DNA of 64,000 nt from contig NIVC01000035.1 in NCBI GenBank assembly GCA_002269645.1, positions 496,001 to 560,000 of the forward strand, read 5' to 3'. This DNA is from Macrostomum lignano (lineage: Eukaryota). A program made the translations under genes and the position numbers. Numbering within the stretch: position 1 is the stretch's first letter; the number at the start of each line of letters is the position of its first letter. The notes under the pieces were generated by a model. That model had not been told where the DNA came from. It ran no database searches and was given only the letters and a program-made list of their open reading frames with translations. Shown piece by piece: positions 60,890-64,000 of this stretch.

Positions 60890-61810
60890 ATGGCAACTGC
60901 AGCGCCCACAACAGTTGTCCTGATCGGCAAGACTGGCTCTGGCAAAAGCTCCCTAGCCAACGCTCTGTATGGCGACTTCGAATTTAAAGTCGGTTGTGGC
61001 TTCGACTCGGAGACCAAGGATTGTCAGGGTCGAATGAAAGTTGCCCGGGGTCGCCTGCTAATTATAGTCGATACGCCAGGCACCATGGACGTGAAGGACC
61101 CTACCATGCCGGAGAAAGAACTGCTGAACGCTCTGAACAACTGTCCAAATGGGGTTGACGCCTTCTTCGTCCTGCTCCGATCAGATTCTCGATTCACCGA
61201 CGAAGAGAGCAGAGCTATCCAGCAGTCTGTGGACGTCTTCGGTCCCGAGTCGCACAAGAGAGCCATTGTTATTTTCAGCCACGGCGGAAAATTCAAAAAG
61301 GACGTCAACAAATTCAAGGAGACTTTGGACAAAGGCCGAGCCTCGATTCCGGGGCTGAACGAGTTGTTGAACAAGTTCGGAGACCGATACGTCCTGATGG
61401 ACAATGGCGATGAATGTGATGAAGAGTTCAAAGAGAGGCAGGTGGCTGCCTTGCTGAGCCTAGTGGACGAGGTTAGCAAACATAATCCGCAGAAGTACTC
61501 GCAAAAAGACTTGGACGCGCAGACAAAGAAGCAAAAAGCAAAGAAGAAAGAGGCTGAGAGGAAGCAACAGCAGAAAGATGAAGAGACGACTCAGATGAGA
61601 ATTCAGGTGGCCCAAATGAAAGCCGAAGCGGATTGTATGAGACGGGAGATGGACAACAGCAGAAGATCTGCCATGGATCAGGTTCAGCAATGCCGTCGAG
61701 GTTACGGACCGGTGACTCAGCTTCTGTCCGACACTGGGAGCGCCGTTGGCGCTGTGGTGACGAGTCCCATTGCCGGTGCTGCCAGCATGCTTAACTGGGC
61801 CCTAAGCTGA
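60890..61810 (+). CDS. GIMAP: AIG1/GIMAP-family GTPase, single coding exon, 306 aa
   Basis: G1 VVLIGKTGSGKSS, G2 SET, G3 IVDTPG, GVDAFFVLL, conserved box RFTDEE, Lys/Gln-rich coiled coil and a weakly hydrophobic C-terminus. The ATG at 60890 follows a ttgtag acceptor-like site at 60876. Confidence 0.93.
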   Translation: MATAAPTTVVLIGKTGSGKSSLANALYGDFEFKVGCGFDSETKDCQGRMKVARGRLLIIVDTPGTMDVKDPTMPEKELLNALNNCPNGVDAFFVLLRSDSRFTDEESRAIQQSVDVFGPESHKRAIVIFSHGGKFKKDVNKFKETLDKGRASIPGLNELLNKFGDRYVLMDNGDECDEEFKERQVAALLSLVDEVSKHNPQKYSQKDLDAQTKKQKAKKKEAERKQQQKDEETTQMRIQVAQMKAEADCMRREMDNSRRSAMDQVQQCRRGYGPVTQLLSDTGSAVGAVVTSPIAGAASMLNWALS

Positions 61811-63204
61811 GCTGGATTTATTATGAACTTAAAAAATCAAATACTAAGCAGGGGTGCGGTATACAACGAACAATCACAGACAGACAGCGGTTCACTTGAA
61901 ACACTTTTTACTTCACTTTTGTTGAAACTTTTGTTGTTTATATTTTTCAAGATTATCAATTACATGTGTTTTAATTTTTTTAATTTTTGTTGATATTTAT
62001 CCAGTGAACTTTATCACACAGTTAAATTAACGAATTATAAATGTTGCGCACAAAAACTTAGTTTGAAGTATGCAAAGTAGCTTTAAATGTGACGAATTCT
62101 AAAATATACTGGTTACAATTTCAAGATGAAAGATCATAAAAGTTTAATATGTAGCTTCTTGTAGCTCTTCGTATTAGGAAAAGTGCAAAAATTGTTCTGT
62201 GGAAAGCCTTTTTATTATTTATTTGTACGCGAAAATCCAACTTTGTATGCCATTTTTCTATCACATTTTAATACTCGTATTTCTCAAAATATTTTCGCGG
62301 TTTATTTTTTGTTTTAAATGAACTAAAATTTTAGTATAAATATATAGACGCGATTTTTGGCAAAGACTGAAGAGAGAACAACTTGACTCGTGTCGAGCCT
62401 CGAAGCAATCTTTATTGGTTAATTGAGAAAAGCTAATAGTGAGTTCCGAATAAATATTTTAAGAAGTGTTTTTCCGAGTTAATTCATTTTATGACAAAGT
62501 AAGGTAGAAGGAAGCGCATACAGTATGTACTACTGAGAAGTAGAACGTTGGAAGGAGAAGAAATACGAAGTAGATCTCGAGTCTGATCTCGGAAACGCTC
62601 AGGACTGGAAAGATCATACACGCAGTACATATACCAGTAGCTATAGAGATTTAGCCCCAGTAACAACTTAGGTGGCAGCATCTAGGATAATTAAAAGAAA
62701 AAACAATTAGAGCACTGTTACAGTCTTAGTATCAGCAGTGAGATTATCATTAAAGACAGAAGTTCACCCCTTTCACAACTTTGGTGACAGCTGTGGAATC
62801 ATTCTAAGAGGGCAGAAGGTTAGCTTTAAGTCAGTTCATTTTCCTAAATGTTTCGAACCGGTCTCCAACAAAAATTTTGAATAGATTCAATTCGAATACG
62901 ACAATGCAGGCCTGACATTGAATTCTGAAGTTAACTTGAACTTATATACGGCTCGTACATATGATATCAGGCCTGGGTCTCTATTTCGACAGTAACGACC
63001 AGCACTAAGCATACGACGGTCTTCTCTGTAAGCTCCTACTCTTGTGTTTTCCTTTCTGGACTGCCACATCTGCCAGTAGGTCTCATACTCAATTTTATTA
63101 TTACTGAGTGTCGTAACGCGTCCCTACGCTTGAGATATTCAAGCTCTGAACTACTATACTCGTATTTGTACTCATAACTGGATCGAAGGTTTCGATTTTC
63201 GCCT

Positions 63205-63830
63205 CGAACAGGACCCGGGCTCTACTCTGTGCATTTTTCTCAGGACCCACGCTCTGCACTAAGCGGTCTAACGCCTCAGGACCTACGCTCTACTCCGTGC
63301 GTCCCAACGCCTCAGGACCTACGCTCTACTCCGTGCGTCCCAACGCCTCAGGACCTACGCTCTACTCCGTGCGTCCCAACGCCTCAGGACCTACGCTCTA
63401 CTCCGTGCGTCCCAACGCCTCAGGACCTACGCTCTACTCCGTGCGTCCCAACGTCTCAGGACCTACGCTCTACTCCGTGCGTCCCAACGCCTCAGGACCT
63501 ACGCTCTACTCTAAGTGTCTCACAACGCCTCAGGACCTACGCTCTACTCCGTGCGTCCCAACGCCTCAGGACCTACGCTCTACTCCGTGCGTCCCAACGC
63601 CTCAGGACCTACGCTCTACTCTAAGTGTCTCACAACGCCTCAGGACCCACACTCTACTCTAAGCGTCTCACAACGCCTCAGGACCCACACTCTACTCTAA
63701 GCGTCTCACAACGCCTCAGGACCTATGCTCTACTCTAAGCGTCTCACAACGCCTCAGGCCTCACACTCTACTCTAAGCGTCTCACAACGCCTCAGGACCC
63801 ACACTCTACCTAAGCGTCCCAACGCCTGGT
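63205..63830. repeat. 36-bp minisatellite (caggacctacgctctactccgtgcgtcccaacgcct)
   Basis: Tandem units; source of the PTPQDLRSTPCV ORFs. Confidence 0.93.
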
Positions 63831-64000
63831 AACGCTACTTTATTTCATCATAGTACTAAAGCTCCCAATCCATTTGGTGCCAGTTCATACTACGAGCGTA
63901 CTATTAGTAGACTTCGGACGTCGAGACGCACAGAGTAAGCCTAAAACAGTTGGCCGTTAGAAAGCAACAACGCGGTTTTTCTTAGGCTACCGGACATTTG

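Overview
Eukaryotic (animal) genomic DNA with GT-AG introns, GC-rich Gln/Ala-rich exons and very dense micro/minisatellites. The gene set and style suggest a free-living flatworm such as Macrostomum, but this is inference. I hand-spliced six gene models with consistent splice phases: flotillin-1 (-, 4 exons, 432 aa); a four-TM claudin/PMP22-like protein (+, 2 exons, 357 aa); a nuclear receptor with two tandem DNA-binding domains (2DBD-NR, P-boxes CEACKK then CEGCKG; +, 6 exons, 805 aa); two unassigned minus-strand genes (359 aa and 406 aa) that might be one gene; and an AIG1/GIMAP GTPase (+, 306 aa). Mobile DNA comprises a Crypton-like recombinase remnant with repeated sites, a decayed non-LTR RT, an RTE 3' fragment, a hAT relic, a foldback element and a 5'-truncated I-group RT-RNase H element flanked by a 232-bp direct duplication. 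About 30 tandem arrays fill every intron longer than 100 bp. There is no CRISPR array, rRNA or convincing tRNA, and most long ORFs in the supplied track are repeat artefacts. The strongest leads are (1) identical intron positions after both DBDs of the receptor, allowing an in-frame single-DBD isoform, (2) a divergent coactivator surface in its LBD, and (3) the very long TSD-like duplication. No database searches were run; family calls rest on motifs recognised by eye.
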